From Leptogorgia sarmentosa (taxonomy: Eukaryota): a DNA stretch of 64,000 nt. The position numbers and the translations under genes were made by a program. Location: the NCBI GenBank assembly GCA_964658305.1, contig OZ210885.1, positions 11,408,001 through 11,472,000 on the forward strand, given 5' to 3'. Below the pieces are notes generated by a model. That model did not search any database. It saw only the letters and a program-made list of their open reading frames with translations, and was not told the DNA's origin. Below are positions 40,185 through 52,974 of the stretch, piece by piece (position 1 is the first letter of the stretch; each line of letters opens with the position of its first letter).

Positions 40185-42784
40185 GGACATCATTCACATA
40201 CTCAAAGACTAAAATTTTTGTCTTCCGTATACCAATTGCAACAATTGATCTCAGAGCCTACACGCATAACAAACACGTCAGCTACTTTAATTGATTTGAT
40301 TTTCACAAATCAATCAAAAGCTATAGCAAAATCAGGAGTAATCCATAATGGGATGTCTGATCATAGCATAATTTATGTTGTGCGTAAATTTGTCCCAAAT
40401 AAACGTAGACATATAAAGAAGGAAGTACGGAATATGAAACATTTTGTGAGGGAAGATTTCATTTATGATTTACATAATGTACCTTGGGAAATAGTGGAAA
40501 CTATTAGTGACCCAAATTTGGCCTGGAGTGTATGGAAAAACAATTTTAATGAAGTTTTGAATAGGCATGCACCCTTAACTCATCAGCGTATACGTCAATC
40601 CTCAATTCCATGGCTAAACTCGAATATTAAGAAGATGATGCACAATCGTGATTATCATAAAAAACAAGCTGTAAAACACAATTCGGAATACCACTGGCGA
40701 CTCTATCAGGCCTCCAGAAATAAAGTTAATATTGAACTTCGGAAAAGTAAATCTCAGTACTACTGCAAAAAAATTGGTGAATGCAATAAAAAAGACCTAA
40801 AAACTGCTTTGAAAATTATAAATTCTCTTACTGGTCGTTCCAGTAAATCCGAACATATTAATGACATCAAACTAGATGACAACATCTGTTGCGATGATGC
40901 AAATATGTCCGAAGCTTTTAATGATTTTTTTATTAATATTGGACCAGAATTGGCTTCGCAAGTTACAAACCTGTCAAATGATAAGGTTGAAACATTTCTG
41001 AAAAACAGCGACTTAACCATCCCTACTTTTCGTTTTATGCCGATTGCTGTACAGAATGTCTTGAAAACATTAAGACACCTAAATGTCTCGAAGGGTACAG
41101 GTCTTGACAAAATTCCTGCCAAGATGTTACGTATTGCTGCAGATACAATTGCACCTTCCTTAACCTATATATTCAATTTATCAGTTTCAACTGGAGTGTT
41201 TGTAGATGATTGGAAAGATGCGAGAGTTATTCCGATTTATAAGGAAGGCGATAGAAGAATTTTAAGCAATTATAGACCAATTTCAATTCTACCGATAGTA
41301 AGTAAGGTTTTTGAAAAAGAAATTTTCAGACAACTATATGAACACTTAAACGAAAATAAACTGATATCTAAATTTCAATCAGGTTTTCGGCCAGGGCATT
41401 CTACACTCACCACCCTTATTCAAATGTGTGATAACTGGTACGAAAATATGGACAATGGTAAATTGACAGGGGTGGTTTTCATTGACATTCGTAAGGCTTT
41501 CGACTCTATAGACCACGAAATATTGCTTGAAAAGTTAGCCTATTATGGTGTGTCACAAATTGAATATACATGGTTCCAATCTTATCTTGCGAATCGGCAA
41601 CAACAGTGCCAAGTTAATGGCTTTATTTCTGGAAAAAAGGAAATAATTTGTGGGGTTCCCCAAGGGTCAATACTTGGCCCGTTGTTGTTCTGATTTATAT
41701 CAACGACTTACCAAATTGCCTTAGGAATACAACACCATGTTTATATGCCGATGATACGCAAGTTTTTGCCGCTTCGTATGACTTTGACGAATTGGCCCGA
41801 AAACGTCACGATTTGGTTAAATGTTAATAAACTCCAATCCCACCCTTCTAAGACCAAACTTATGATAATTGGATCAAAACAAAATTTGACAAATAAGATT
41901 GGTGACTTGGATCCCAGTATTTTTATGAATAATAACCCAGTATCATCTGTTGTGTCGAATAAATGTCTAGGTGTTGACCTTGATGATAGTTTAACGTTCC
42001 ATACTTATATTGAAAAAATATGTAAAAAGATTTGTGCGGGTATAGGAGTATTGAGGAGAATTAAACCATTCGTCCCTCAAGCTTCTCTTGTTACACTATA
42101 TAGAGCATTAGTTCAGCCATATTTTGACTACTGCTCTCCCTTATGGGACACCTGTGATAAAAAATTAACAGATAAATTGCAAATTTTACAAAATCGTGCT
42201 GCTAGGGTTATTACAGGAACTAGATATGAAGATAGAATTAGATCAAGTGACCTTTTGCAAAGCTTAGGGTGGGACTCTCTCCATGTTAGGTGGGCAAAGC
42301 TAAAAAGCGTTTTGACGTACAAAATTCTTAATGAAAATTATTCGCCGTGCTTAAAGGATAGCCTTGTAAGGCTTAAAGATCTTAATAAAGGATACAATTT
42401 GCGAAACAATGAAACGGATCTAGCACTTCCAAAGCCCAAAACAAACTTTTTGAAGCGCAGTTTCAGATACGATGCATCAATTCTTTGGAATAATCTTCCT
42501 TTGGAGGCGAAGACGGCGACTTCGCTCCAGCAGTTTAAGGGTAGTATTGCAAACTGCCGTTTCTAGTGTCATGTTGAATTGAACTCAAGCATTTTCTTTA
42601 TTTATCTTCTTAGTTTTTAGGGTGGGATGGATTGAGGGGTTGGGGGGGTAAAATTTTTGTCATTTCTATTGAATTGTATTTGTTTTTTGCATGTCTACAC
42701 GCCTCTCCTGTAAATCAACGTATCTGTTGTGTGAGGCTAGCGTGTATTTTAAATAAATTTGATTGATTGATTGATTGATTGATT
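40185..42784 (+). mobile_element. 5'-truncated L2/CR1-clade LINE (end of endonuclease plus RT)
   Basis: SDHSIIY, NYRPISILP, QSGFRPGHST, KAFDSIDH, GVPQGSILGP, YADDT (in a shifted frame); AATAAA then a (TTGA)n tail; frameshifts near 41690 and 41790. Confidence 0.93.
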
Positions 42785-43229
42785 CAATGGAGCTTAAACA
42801 TCTGGCGAAGAAAACAGATGAAATCCAATGTCGTCAGAAAAAGCCGAGAACGGAGCATTCAGATTTTGCAGAGAAAAAAGGTAGTGTTTCAATCAACCAG
42901 GAAAGATGGGAAACTATTTATGCAGATTATATATTGCGGGAAAATTTACAGAGTATCAGGCAGCCATTCAATTGTAAAATTTATCCTCCACGAACCTTCC
43001 CGGTCCTCAACGTTCTGTTTCCAAGAATTTCTTGTAGGAAAATATCTCGTTAGAATAAACGGCAACAGGAATCCAATGTCTTCTAACACTTCCCAGATTT
43101 AGTGGGAATCCGAAAGCATTGGCAGTGCAGTACGCGCTGTCGCACTCATCATCACTAAAAATGAATTTTAATGTTGGGCGGGTTAACTGCGTAGGTCACA
43201 ACCGCTCGTGAAAAGTTGTCGTAGCTTAA

Positions 43230-43422
43230 GGCCTGTTCAAACGAAGCCAACATCGTCCAACATTGTTGGGCCAACAATGTTGCACGATGTTGGATGAAAT
43301 TTATAAGCAAGCTTAAACTCAAGGCAACATCATCCAACACAGTGTTAAAACGAGGCCAACATGTTGCATCCAACAAGGTTGGATGATGTTGGACCAACAT
43401 GTTGGCTTCGTTTGAACGGGCT
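43230..43422. mobile_element. Palindromic MITE with internal CCAACA/TGTTGG repeats
   Basis: GCCTGTTCAAACGAAGCCAACAT ... ATGTTGGCTTCGTTTGAACGGGC, flanked by TTAA/TAA. Confidence 0.8.
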
Positions 43423-45030
43423 TTTAATTGCGACAAGAATGCTAAAATGTTGCTGATAATATTTGAATGTTTCTTCGTTTGATTTATGTCCTAAAATGCT
43501 TCATTAATAGGAGATTCAGCAGTCAATGTTGAAAGCCAAGTTGTCAAGTTGCGAACTGTTAGTAGTAGAAAATGTTAAATCTTCAGAAACAGACAAATTA
43601 GCTAAATTTATCTTTAAAGGAAAGATTGACAAGCTCAGTAAAAAATTTCAACAGGGCACCAGAAAATGGTTTTTTGACGACTTTGAAAAATGGCTTCACG
43701 ATACGAAATCGAGAGTTATGATCCTAAATGGAGGTCCTGGCGTTGGGAAAAGTGTTCTGTCGGCAAAATTATGTGACTTGTATGAAGAGAGTGGCCAGCT
43801 TGCAGGTTGCCACTTTTGTGACTTCAGAACCTCTGATTACAGAGATCCTCTCAAAATTCTCCAATCTCTTGCAAGTCAAATGTGCGACAATGTTCATGGA
43901 TTTCGTGATAAACTCACCGAAGCGCTTTCACGAGAACATTCCCGGGACTCGCTGTCAGACGCATTTCGCGTTCTTTTAAACGACCCATTGCATGCCCTGG
44001 ACAGAACTGAGCCAATGCTGATCGTTGTGGATGCCTTGGACGAGAGCAAAACGTCTACCAAAAGTGAATTTTTGGACTTGATAGCAGATGAATTTTCCCA
44101 ACTGCCCAAATGGATCAAGATATTCATCTCAACTCGGCCTGAATTGAAAGTGAGAGAAAAACTTGAGCATTTGAATTGGGTGGAAATAAATCCTCATCAC
44201 GACCAACACAATCGCGACTTGGGACAATTTATTCAGCGTCATTTGCCCAATATTAGTGAGAGAAATATGAAATCACTTATCATGGAGTGTCAGGGTTCAT
44301 TTTTGTGTGCCTATTCCTTAGTGAATGAAGTAAAGCAGGTATATTCCGAAAATAACCCAAACATAAATGTAGATGTATCGAAAGTTATTTCCGAATTTTA
44401 CGAAAAAGACGTCCAGTGTTATGAGCAGAAAACAAAGGTGTATTTTTAAGAATTTCATAAATGTTGTTGCTGCCTCTGAAGAGTCTCTTCCTTTCAGGTT
44501 TCTTTTCTCATGCATGGATTTATTCAGTGAACAATTTGAAGTGCGTAACACCATTGTTGGGATAATGTCAGAAATTCTTCCTGTTTACGATGATTGTCTA
44601 ACTGTTTTTCATAAGTCATTGTTCACCACCAACTACGTTGGCTACATAAATTAGCTACCATGGTCTGAGCGCAACGAATCCATAGGCGTTCAATATATTT
44701 TTGATATTTTCACTAAGATAAGTGAGGATAGTTTTCAATGTCTTCCGGTAACAACTGTAAATATGGCTAGTCCCCTTGATTTGAAAGATCCAGCGGTGAT
44801 TTTGTTTGGCAATACATACAATGTATTCCGGCGAAGAATTTAATCCGCATCAAAACACGTCGTTCAAGTGGTGGTATGAGAGTGGCAAGCATGCGGTAGA
44901 GTAGCGTTTGTGGAGAGTCATGGCTGTTAGGCATTCAATTAAAAAACACACACCAGTGTGATGCCAGAGATAAGGGAACAATCTGTTGCTGAAGGTTTTG
45001 TTTCCATGACATTTTTTTCTTTTTGTTTAG

Positions 45031-46840
45031 ATAAACAAAGCCAGAGCATTAGCTTTGCAATTTAAGCACCCTTGCTGTATCAGAGTTGTCCCATATCTGA
45101 ATGATAGCGAAGACACCCAATCCTTAACGATGTGTATATACGTCGTCAGCAACGATAAAGGTATTCCAGATGATGTTAAAGATGAAGCGAAAAAAGTGTT
45201 TCCGGGTTATAACATTGAGTATACAGATCTTCAACGTCCTTGTCGTGAGATCGTTACTGAACTTCCGCCGTCCAAAAAACAGAAGAAAGAAGAACTTTCA
45301 GCTATGTCCAGGGAAATTGAGAAAAACCTGCACGTCTTTGAAAAACGAATCAATGTTACTGCAGTTTGTGCTTCGTATAAAGTAACTGGCTTGATAGAGA
45401 AAGAGATTCCGTGCGTGACAGTGTTTGTGCTTGGCAAAGGAAAAATTCCAGCAGGAGAAACCGACTTTAATGAATTCAAAGGCAACTGTGGAGGACTTTT
45501 TGGTAATGTTGAGTTTGACGTTGTTGAAGGGTATTTTAAACTGGCAACTTCCGATAAACTCGTTGACGCGTCTTACGCTTTACCGTTGCGTGGCGGTGTT
45601 GGGATTGGCGTGCGCGGATGTGATCGCGCTGGTACTTTGGGTGGATTTTTAGAAGACAAAGACGGAAAGCGCTATATTTTATCAGATGAGCATGTGCTTA
45701 ATCCTCTCACAAGAACTGATGGCACCAACAAGGCGGTACATGTTGCAGGCACTTCAGAACCATTGTTAGAAGACGTAGATGATATCAGTTACAATCGTTC
45801 AAATCGTCATAACAACGTTGTCGATATGGAGATTGGCAAGGGACTGAAAATATTATCGAGCAGCCAGCCCAATCGGATTATGATGTTATGAGACAGGAAG
45901 CTGAAAAAGAATTAGATGAGTTCAAGGAGGAGGAAGAAGAATCTAAAAAAGAATTATTGGCGAGCAGACAAAAATGAATGACTGACCCAATACTGGTTTA
46001 TCTAATGCAGGAAAACAATTTTGAACTGGAGAAGGCAGAAGCAAGCTATGAGAAAATTAAGAAAGGCGAACCAAGGGAAATTGGAAAACGTGTGTGTGGT
46101 TTGCAAAAAAATGTGCTATTGGCCGACCAAAATTGTAGCTTTTTTGTCGACGCAGCCATTGCTGAGCTAGGTGAGAAGGGGGTCCGCTATATGGAGAAGT
46201 TGAAGGCCAGGAAAACCCTAGAGAATCGTTGTCCGGTATATGGATTTGAACGTAAAGATGGTTTTAGCCTCACTGGCGAAATTGTGAATCTGGAAACATT
46301 TCGTAAAGAAGAAGCGATATATGCGAAGTTTGGTCGAACGTCCGGCTTTACCGATAAAGGTTTCGTTGAAGACACAGTGCAAGAATTGTTTCTGCACTTT
46401 CCGTCTCCTCTACCACCCCCCGGTTCCAAGTACCGCGGTTCTCCATTTATCCACGTTCAACAGCTGTACTGTGAGAACTGTAAAAAGTGGTATCTTGACG
46501 AAAGGGCATCAACTGAAATTTCCAAAGAAGACCTATGCACAAACTGTCGCAAACCGTTGAAACCTCAAAATGAAATGACGTCGAAGATGATGTCAAAGGT
46601 TGCATTTTGTCCTACTGGGCCCTTAATTGCTTTGTCATTCGAAAAAATAAAGAACCGTTCGTTAAAAAAGGCGATTCGGGTGCCATAGTGTTTGGGAATA
46701 AAGGTCTAGCTTGGGGCGTGGTGTTTGGTATGTTCACACATCCATTGAAAAACACCGATTACTGCTTAGCTTCACCTCTTTGTGTAGCTTTGAAAGCTCT
46801 GGAACAGGAATTGGACATAAAGGGACTTAGACTTTGGTGA
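45031..46840 (+). pseudogene. Nal1/Ssy5-like trypsin-fold serine protease, disrupted
   Basis: AGTLGGFL, ILSDEHVL (His), IIEQP, VDAAIAEL (Asp), KFGRTSG, KGDSGAIV (Ser). Frameshifts near 45840 and 46580-46610 and an in-frame TGA at 45975; splice acceptor at 45030. Confidence 0.8.
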
Positions 46841-47764
46841 GTATGAAATTAATGGGTCATTCATGTGGCGGAGAGGGTGAGGGGGGAGGGCTTGTCGGGC
46901 GTATCCACAAGATTTGACAAGTGTCCTGGGTGTGAGATCAATTATATTTGGCTTGAGAGACGGGGTAAATTTATCCCTGTTTCCTTATTTCGAAGCGGCA
47001 TTGGTAAACGGTTTCTCTCCGTAAAAAATTGACGTACTCCGATAAAATTGCTGCTCTTATAACCAATCCAAAAAAGTTGTCCTCCAAAAATCCTAAACCG
47101 CTAAATTTAGCCGCCCAATGCGTTTTGATTATTTAGAGCTCTTGGCGAACACAGTATTTAAGAAAACTAGCCAGTCTATATGCAGGGTATAAAAAGGTGA
47201 ACAGTTTTGAAATGGGTCCCAACTTTGCAAAACGTTTCTGGTTTGTTTCAAAACCTATGGGTTTATGATTCATCTCTTTTGCTACAGAGGCGAAATGGTG
47301 TGCACACATTTGAAAAATTAATTACACACCTGTGTAAGTTGTTGAAGCTTTTTAGCCAATCAGCGTCCAGGAAATTGACTACAATGATATTAGGAGAATA
47401 ATTACGAGAATTCAGTTAGAAATTTTGCAATTTAACTCAAATTTTTAACACCTATATATGACGTAACTAAGTAACAAACAATTGATGAAAAGCGATTGCA
47501 TTTTTTGATAACAAATAATCGACAAAAACGATTAAATATTCGATTTAATATTCATCGGTCTAACTGATACCTGCTCCGTGAACGCTGATCAATCTCATAC
47601 TGTCAAGAAAAGTCTGTTGTGCTCATTTTGCCCTTTTTTTGGGGGGGAAGAACTGTATTTGGATTGTATTCTCACTTGTTCCTACACGTCGATAAAGGTA
47701 ATGTAGACGCTCTTGATCATTTGATGATGTTGAGTTTAAATACTACGAGTTCGTATATTTTTGC

Positions 47765-48503
47765 GTAACCGAAGCGCAAACGTGCGCGTGAATTTTTTTA
47801 AAGTCTCCTCATTTCAACTATATATGTTGTAGAAATTTCGTTACGCATACTATACTATATTATATTCTACTGACTTAGGCTGGTTCTCACTGAACATAAG
47901 CATAAGCGCAAGCTTGTATAACCGAAGCGCACACGTGCGCCTGGACTTTTCTAAGTTTCAACTATATATGTTGTAGAAATAAATGCATGTTTCGTTAACC
48001 ATACTATATTATATAACACTTTGTTAAATTAACGCGATTTAATTGGTTATTTACGATCACGTGATATAAAATAGAAATTCCCATTTTCATGATCGTGCAA
48101 TGGAACCGTGCAAATATTTCTTTCCATTGCACGGTGGTTTTAATTATTTTCAATCACTCAAAATGTTATTATCGCACGCTTTTAATGGCGAATCTATGAA
48201 CGTGGCGCGACCATGTGAGCGATGGAATTTTATTTAGTAAACTAACAAAACAAAATGGCGGGTATTTCGTGTCAATGATTTATTTTGGTGTCATATAAAA
48301 CAAATAATGAATGTTTATTTCGTGCAATGGTAAGAATATTTTCATTCGGTGAAAGATGGAATGTTCCATTCAACTCGGCTTCGCCTCGTTGAATAGAACA
48401 TTCCATCTTTCACCTCATGAAAATATTCTTACCATTGCACGAAATAAACATTCATTATTTGTATACTATATTATATTCTTACTGACTTAGGCTGGTTCTC
48501 ACT
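47765..48503. repeat. Tandem duplication of about 130 bp whose second copy holds a hairpin-ended element (about 48010-48461)
   Basis: 47765-47892 matches 47917-48010 plus 48462-48503; palindrome at 48293-48465 centred on CTCGGCTTCGCCTCG. Confidence 0.8.
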
Positions 48504-48610
48504 GGGCTTGAATGTTTTTTTTTTCAAGTCTTGTCATGTCACCAAGGCCTTGTGCGTTGCCATGTCACCAAGGCCTCGTCATCGACATTCAAATTTATTT
48601 TTTATTTAGA

Positions 48611-50725
48611 ATGTCGCAGTCTTCCAAACGTACGATTATGTTATACGAATCTAGCGATTCAGGTGAATCTAGCGAAGCGGTTTCCCAAGTCGGGTCAGAA
48701 GGCCGGTATAATATAACTTTGTGAATTATAATAACGTAAAAAATGGCTCTTTTATAATACATATGTATAATATATATTTAAATTCTATACGACAAATTTC
48801 TTTAAAGCAAACATGTTTGTTCTTAGATCAAGAGTTCTTCGAGGGCATAGGTATAGTCGCTCCAACGCCACGAAAGAGGCAGAGACGTCATGAAACACCT
48901 TTATCTTCACCTTCACGAGTGCCTGATTTACCAGCCCAGCGGCAAGAAACTTCTCCCGCCGCCGAGCAAGAGGGGAAGGTTCGTATATATATATATATAG
49001 TTTCCGTGTATGTTCGTATATAAATATAGTTTCCGTGTTATATATTTAAAGGAGTTTATTTTCTTTTAGTACGAGAGGAATAGGCGTCAATGTAGCCTGT
49101 GCGACGCAAAGGTAAAAAACATGCCTAAGCATCTGAGAACAATACACGGGAAGTCAAAGCAGGAGGCGCTGAGCGTGAGCTCGAAGGGAGAAGGAGATCA
49201 GGTGAAGGTGCAGTGTCCAATCCTCGACTGCCAGAAATGGCAGTTGAGATTGGACAACCACCTGAAAAGGGTGCATGGTATGAAACCGGATTATCCGGAT
49301 TTCAAGCGGTTAGTATGTTTATAAAATTACATACATACCTATATATAAAATATAATATAAATAGTACTCGTAAAGCAATTAACTGAGTATATATGATCTT
49401 TCTCGTAGATACACTCAAAAGGCGAACGAGGAGAGGAGGCGTGCGCGTCGGGAGAAGCAGGAAGCTGCAAGAAGACCGCCGGCCTCTTCCAGTTCAAGAC
49501 CCCGTTCGCCATCCCCACCACCACCACCACCACCGGATCAAGGCAGTCTTGAGCAAGAATTGGAAATGATGAACCGACCTCCAAGGGCCCCCAAACAAGA
49601 CCCTCTGCCCCAGGTACTCACTGACATATCGCAACATCCGATCTTGGTCTCGTTTGAGGGCAACAACAAGAAGAAATCAGATGCCAGAGAACACATGAGG
49701 AGGGTCTGTCGCCTTCTATATGAGGTCGACTGGGAAGGAAAGGATGTCAAGCTGGTCTGGGCCGACGCCTCTCTGGACACAAAACGCAACAACTTCTTCC
49801 GAGGGAACGACCTCTTACCAAAACCGAGAAAGGCGCAGACCCTCAAAACGTATGTGGTATCATTTAAACATTTTTTGAACTTCATGTTGATTAGGGTGGA
49901 GGGGATAAAAACAATCGACAGCAGCGTGTCAAGCCATGAACTCGAACTCGTGCAAGCCGCCCTCAGACGCATCGAACATTGGACTGGCTCATTAACACCA
50001 GCACTGACTCGCCGTCGGGCGGAGGTCAGACAAAGGGACCAAGAGCGTCTTCTTTGTCCTGACGACTTCGCCCGAATGTTGGCGAGTCCAATGAGCCAGT
50101 CCGACGTTATCAAGAACTTGAGGAAGACGAGCCCGTTGCTTTAATCGATTTTTCCCAGATGAGAGATTACCTAATGCTCCGGCTCTTGGTCGCAAGCGGT
50201 CAGCGAGCTGGGGCACTCGCCAACCTCACGGTGGCGGAGTTCGAGGCCGGCACACAGACACGTGAGCTGTACGTCACGCAAACGACACAACACAAGACGG
50301 GCTCCTCGGTAGGACCAGCCAAGTTATTCTGGAACGAAGAGATTAAGAACATGGGCCAGAAGTACCCGACACAATTGAGGCCCCACGCGAATAGCGACTC
50401 GGTGACGGAAGGCAAGCCGGGTATACCCCTCGAACCTATCTTTTTCGTAAACGCTTCGGGACAGCGTTTGACAGAATCCAGGATCTCCCAGCGAATAAAG
50501 GTGATGGGACAAAGGATGGGCGTGAACGTCCACGGAGCTGGCCTCCGGAAATCTCTCATAAGCAAACAGAGGAAAATGGGGCCTTCGTCAGCTGTCAGCG
50601 ATGAGCAGCTGGCGAAACAGATGTCCCATTCTGTGACGACGTCAGACAAATACTACAATGTGGCAGGGACGGGGAAGACGTGCGAGTGGCAAAGTTTTTA
50701 AGTGACATAACCACTGGGGAGGAGG
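48611..50725 (+). pseudogene. Intron-containing tyrosine recombinase with two N-terminal C2H2-like fingers (Crypton-like YR element relic)
   Basis: CSLC..HLRTIH and CPILDC..HLKRVH; YR motifs GQRAG (R), HKT (K), GLRKS (R), MSHSVTTSDKYY (H, Y); GC-rich relative to flanks; frameshifts near 49510, 50140 and 50670. Confidence 0.75.
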
Positions 50726-52974
50726 TTAGTTACTACCTGACATAAATAAGTTTAAGTTATCGTTGTTCCTAATTCTTTTTTTATTTATTTACCTGACAGC
50801 AAGAGCAAGAAGGAGAAGCGTCCGGGGAGGAAGAGAGAATGCAGGAACCGCCACAAAGAAGAAAGTTGGTTTCTCCCACGAAAGATGTCGTTGTTCCTAA
50901 TTCTTTTTTTATAGCACATTCCACAAGTGTCTCATCTAACAAAGTAGGTTCGTGCGTTTGTTATTACTGAATCCATTGTGATTACAGTCGCTTTGGAACT
51001 TATCAATAAAGATTTACTAAGAGAAATACAACAAGACTGGCATTCCTTTTTTGTTGCTAAATATCGAGCAGGAATTGATTTTGACTGATCAGAATTTGCT
51101 GATAAGGGGGATTTTCTTATGTTCTTTAGATATTCACACATGTTTGCAACAGTACCTTCATCAATGGAGGATAAAAGAGTTTTATGTTCTCATACATTCG
51201 TTCTGGTTCTGATGGTATTTCATGGTCCAACATTTCCAGCTCATGCCACCATTGTCGTCAACAAGACTAAATAGCCTCATGTACACAACCGAGTTTTACT
51301 ACATTCGTCTCATAAAGGTTGGAAGTTTTGAGTATTTTGTCTTATAATTAAGGTTGGAAGTTTTGAGTATTTTTTACACGTTTGAATCGGAGCATTCTTT
51401 CCGTATTATTATAGTAATTTCGACTTAGTCGATCATCACACTAGTCAATAATCGCCGAGTTGCAAAAATTGAACGTACGCTCAGCTATAGTAAGATGGAT
51501 TAGAGCCTTCCTCACGTTCGTATCCGCGTAAGTATCCTAATGTAAGCATTCTAATCCATTCGTACTGGAGTACATGAAAATGAAAATATGAATGGATCGA
51601 ATTGACTTGGTCAAAACTTCTTTTTCTTTTTAGGATTAATGTCGAATCGTTCTCCATTGTTTTTATTTTACGACTGTGTAAATCTATTTTTAGGCTGAGA
51701 TTGAATGCAAGCGTCTAGCGGCTAAACTTGTTGAGCTGCAGGGGGAAAATGAGGTATGAATTACAATTTTTAAGTTCTGGTCAAACAGAACGATGACAGA
51801 ATTTGACAGGAGAAAGTAAAATAATTAAGGCAATGCTTGTGTTTCACGCAAATTATGCGTGATTTGATACGATACTTTGTTTTAGAATCACTATGTTGTG
51901 CAATCTTCATGTAGCACGTTTGTATGTCCTGCCATTTTAGCGTCTGAAAGAAGAAAGACATTTTCTGAGAGAGAGAAACGAGCAAAGTATTAAGAGGCAG
52001 ATCATCACTGCTTGATGGCTCAGATAATGGTAGATTGCTCATGGCGGATTTACCGCCTGAGGCAAGGTTAGTTCAGTAAACAAAGATTTCGGAAAAATGT
52101 CCCTTCTGATCGGTACGATAAAAGGCACGCTAAAGTGTTTTTCCTTATTTCAAAGAACTATCGTCGAAGGTGAAGAATCTGAGCAGGTAAATATATAATA
52201 TAATTTCAAGCATTGATTACTGCCTGATAGTTATATGAGCTTCCTTTACAAGTAAAGCGTGTCGGCACTGACACATTTGTACATGTTTGGACTGCCCGCG
52301 GACCCGCGGTGTCATTGTGATCATGGAATATTTAATTAGCTGAATAATTCACTGAAGGAATTAGTATTTCCGTTATTCGCTTATTCCCTATAGCAGTAAA
52401 CCATTACATACATGCAAGATCGTGTATTAGGGACAGATAAGTTGCGTTAATGTTGCGTGTGTCAAAATACGTCAAAATGAAATCGGGCCATTTGCTTTGT
52501 TTCAGGACCAGTTCCTGGTCCAATAGTACAATCGTACTTGTTAAGGCGGTAACGCCTGCATTGCATCGTCATTAAAATCACGCGATGAATCTCATACACT
52601 CGCAAAAATTGATCTTTCGTTGATTTAAATTATTTGCGTCTCAACAGGTGAACGATGTGGATGATCGGAATGATGATGGGAATATGTAAGTAAAATTTTT
52701 ATTGATGATGCGTTGATTTTTTTTTCAAAAAAAAACTGTGTCTCCCTGTATTTCTGCCAGGTTAATGGTGATAATACCAGATGTAGTACTTACTACATGA
52801 CAGGGATAATAGCGACCTTAAGCATGTAGGACATGCAAGAACGTGACGAAAACGATAAACGTTTGCGAGGGGTGGGCTGGGGAGGTTGTTGTGACGTTGT
52901 ACCGGGTGGCGCAGAAAAAAGTTTAATTTCCGTGTAAAAAAGTTGTTAATAGATTAAATGAGGTTAAAGACAAA

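Larger units (their letters stand above)
40086..44654 (+). pseudogene. NACHT (NPHP3_N/TANC-like) STAND NTPase pseudogene, with its coiled-coil exon (40086-40184 plus 42793-42880) split by a LINE
   Basis: GTRKWFF, Walker A GGPGVGKS, Walker B LIVVDALDE, IFISTRP; frameshift near 44400-44450; truncated after FHKSL. Confidence 0.8.

Noticed and set aside
39945..41693. 582-aa ORF as a genuine single gene
   Set aside because: It is a chimera of intron, a host exon and a truncated LINE ORF2; the RT is frameshifted before YADD.
48611..50725. Prophage integrase or bacterial contamination
   Set aside because: It has GT-AG introns and C2H2-like fingers, and no phage genes are nearby.
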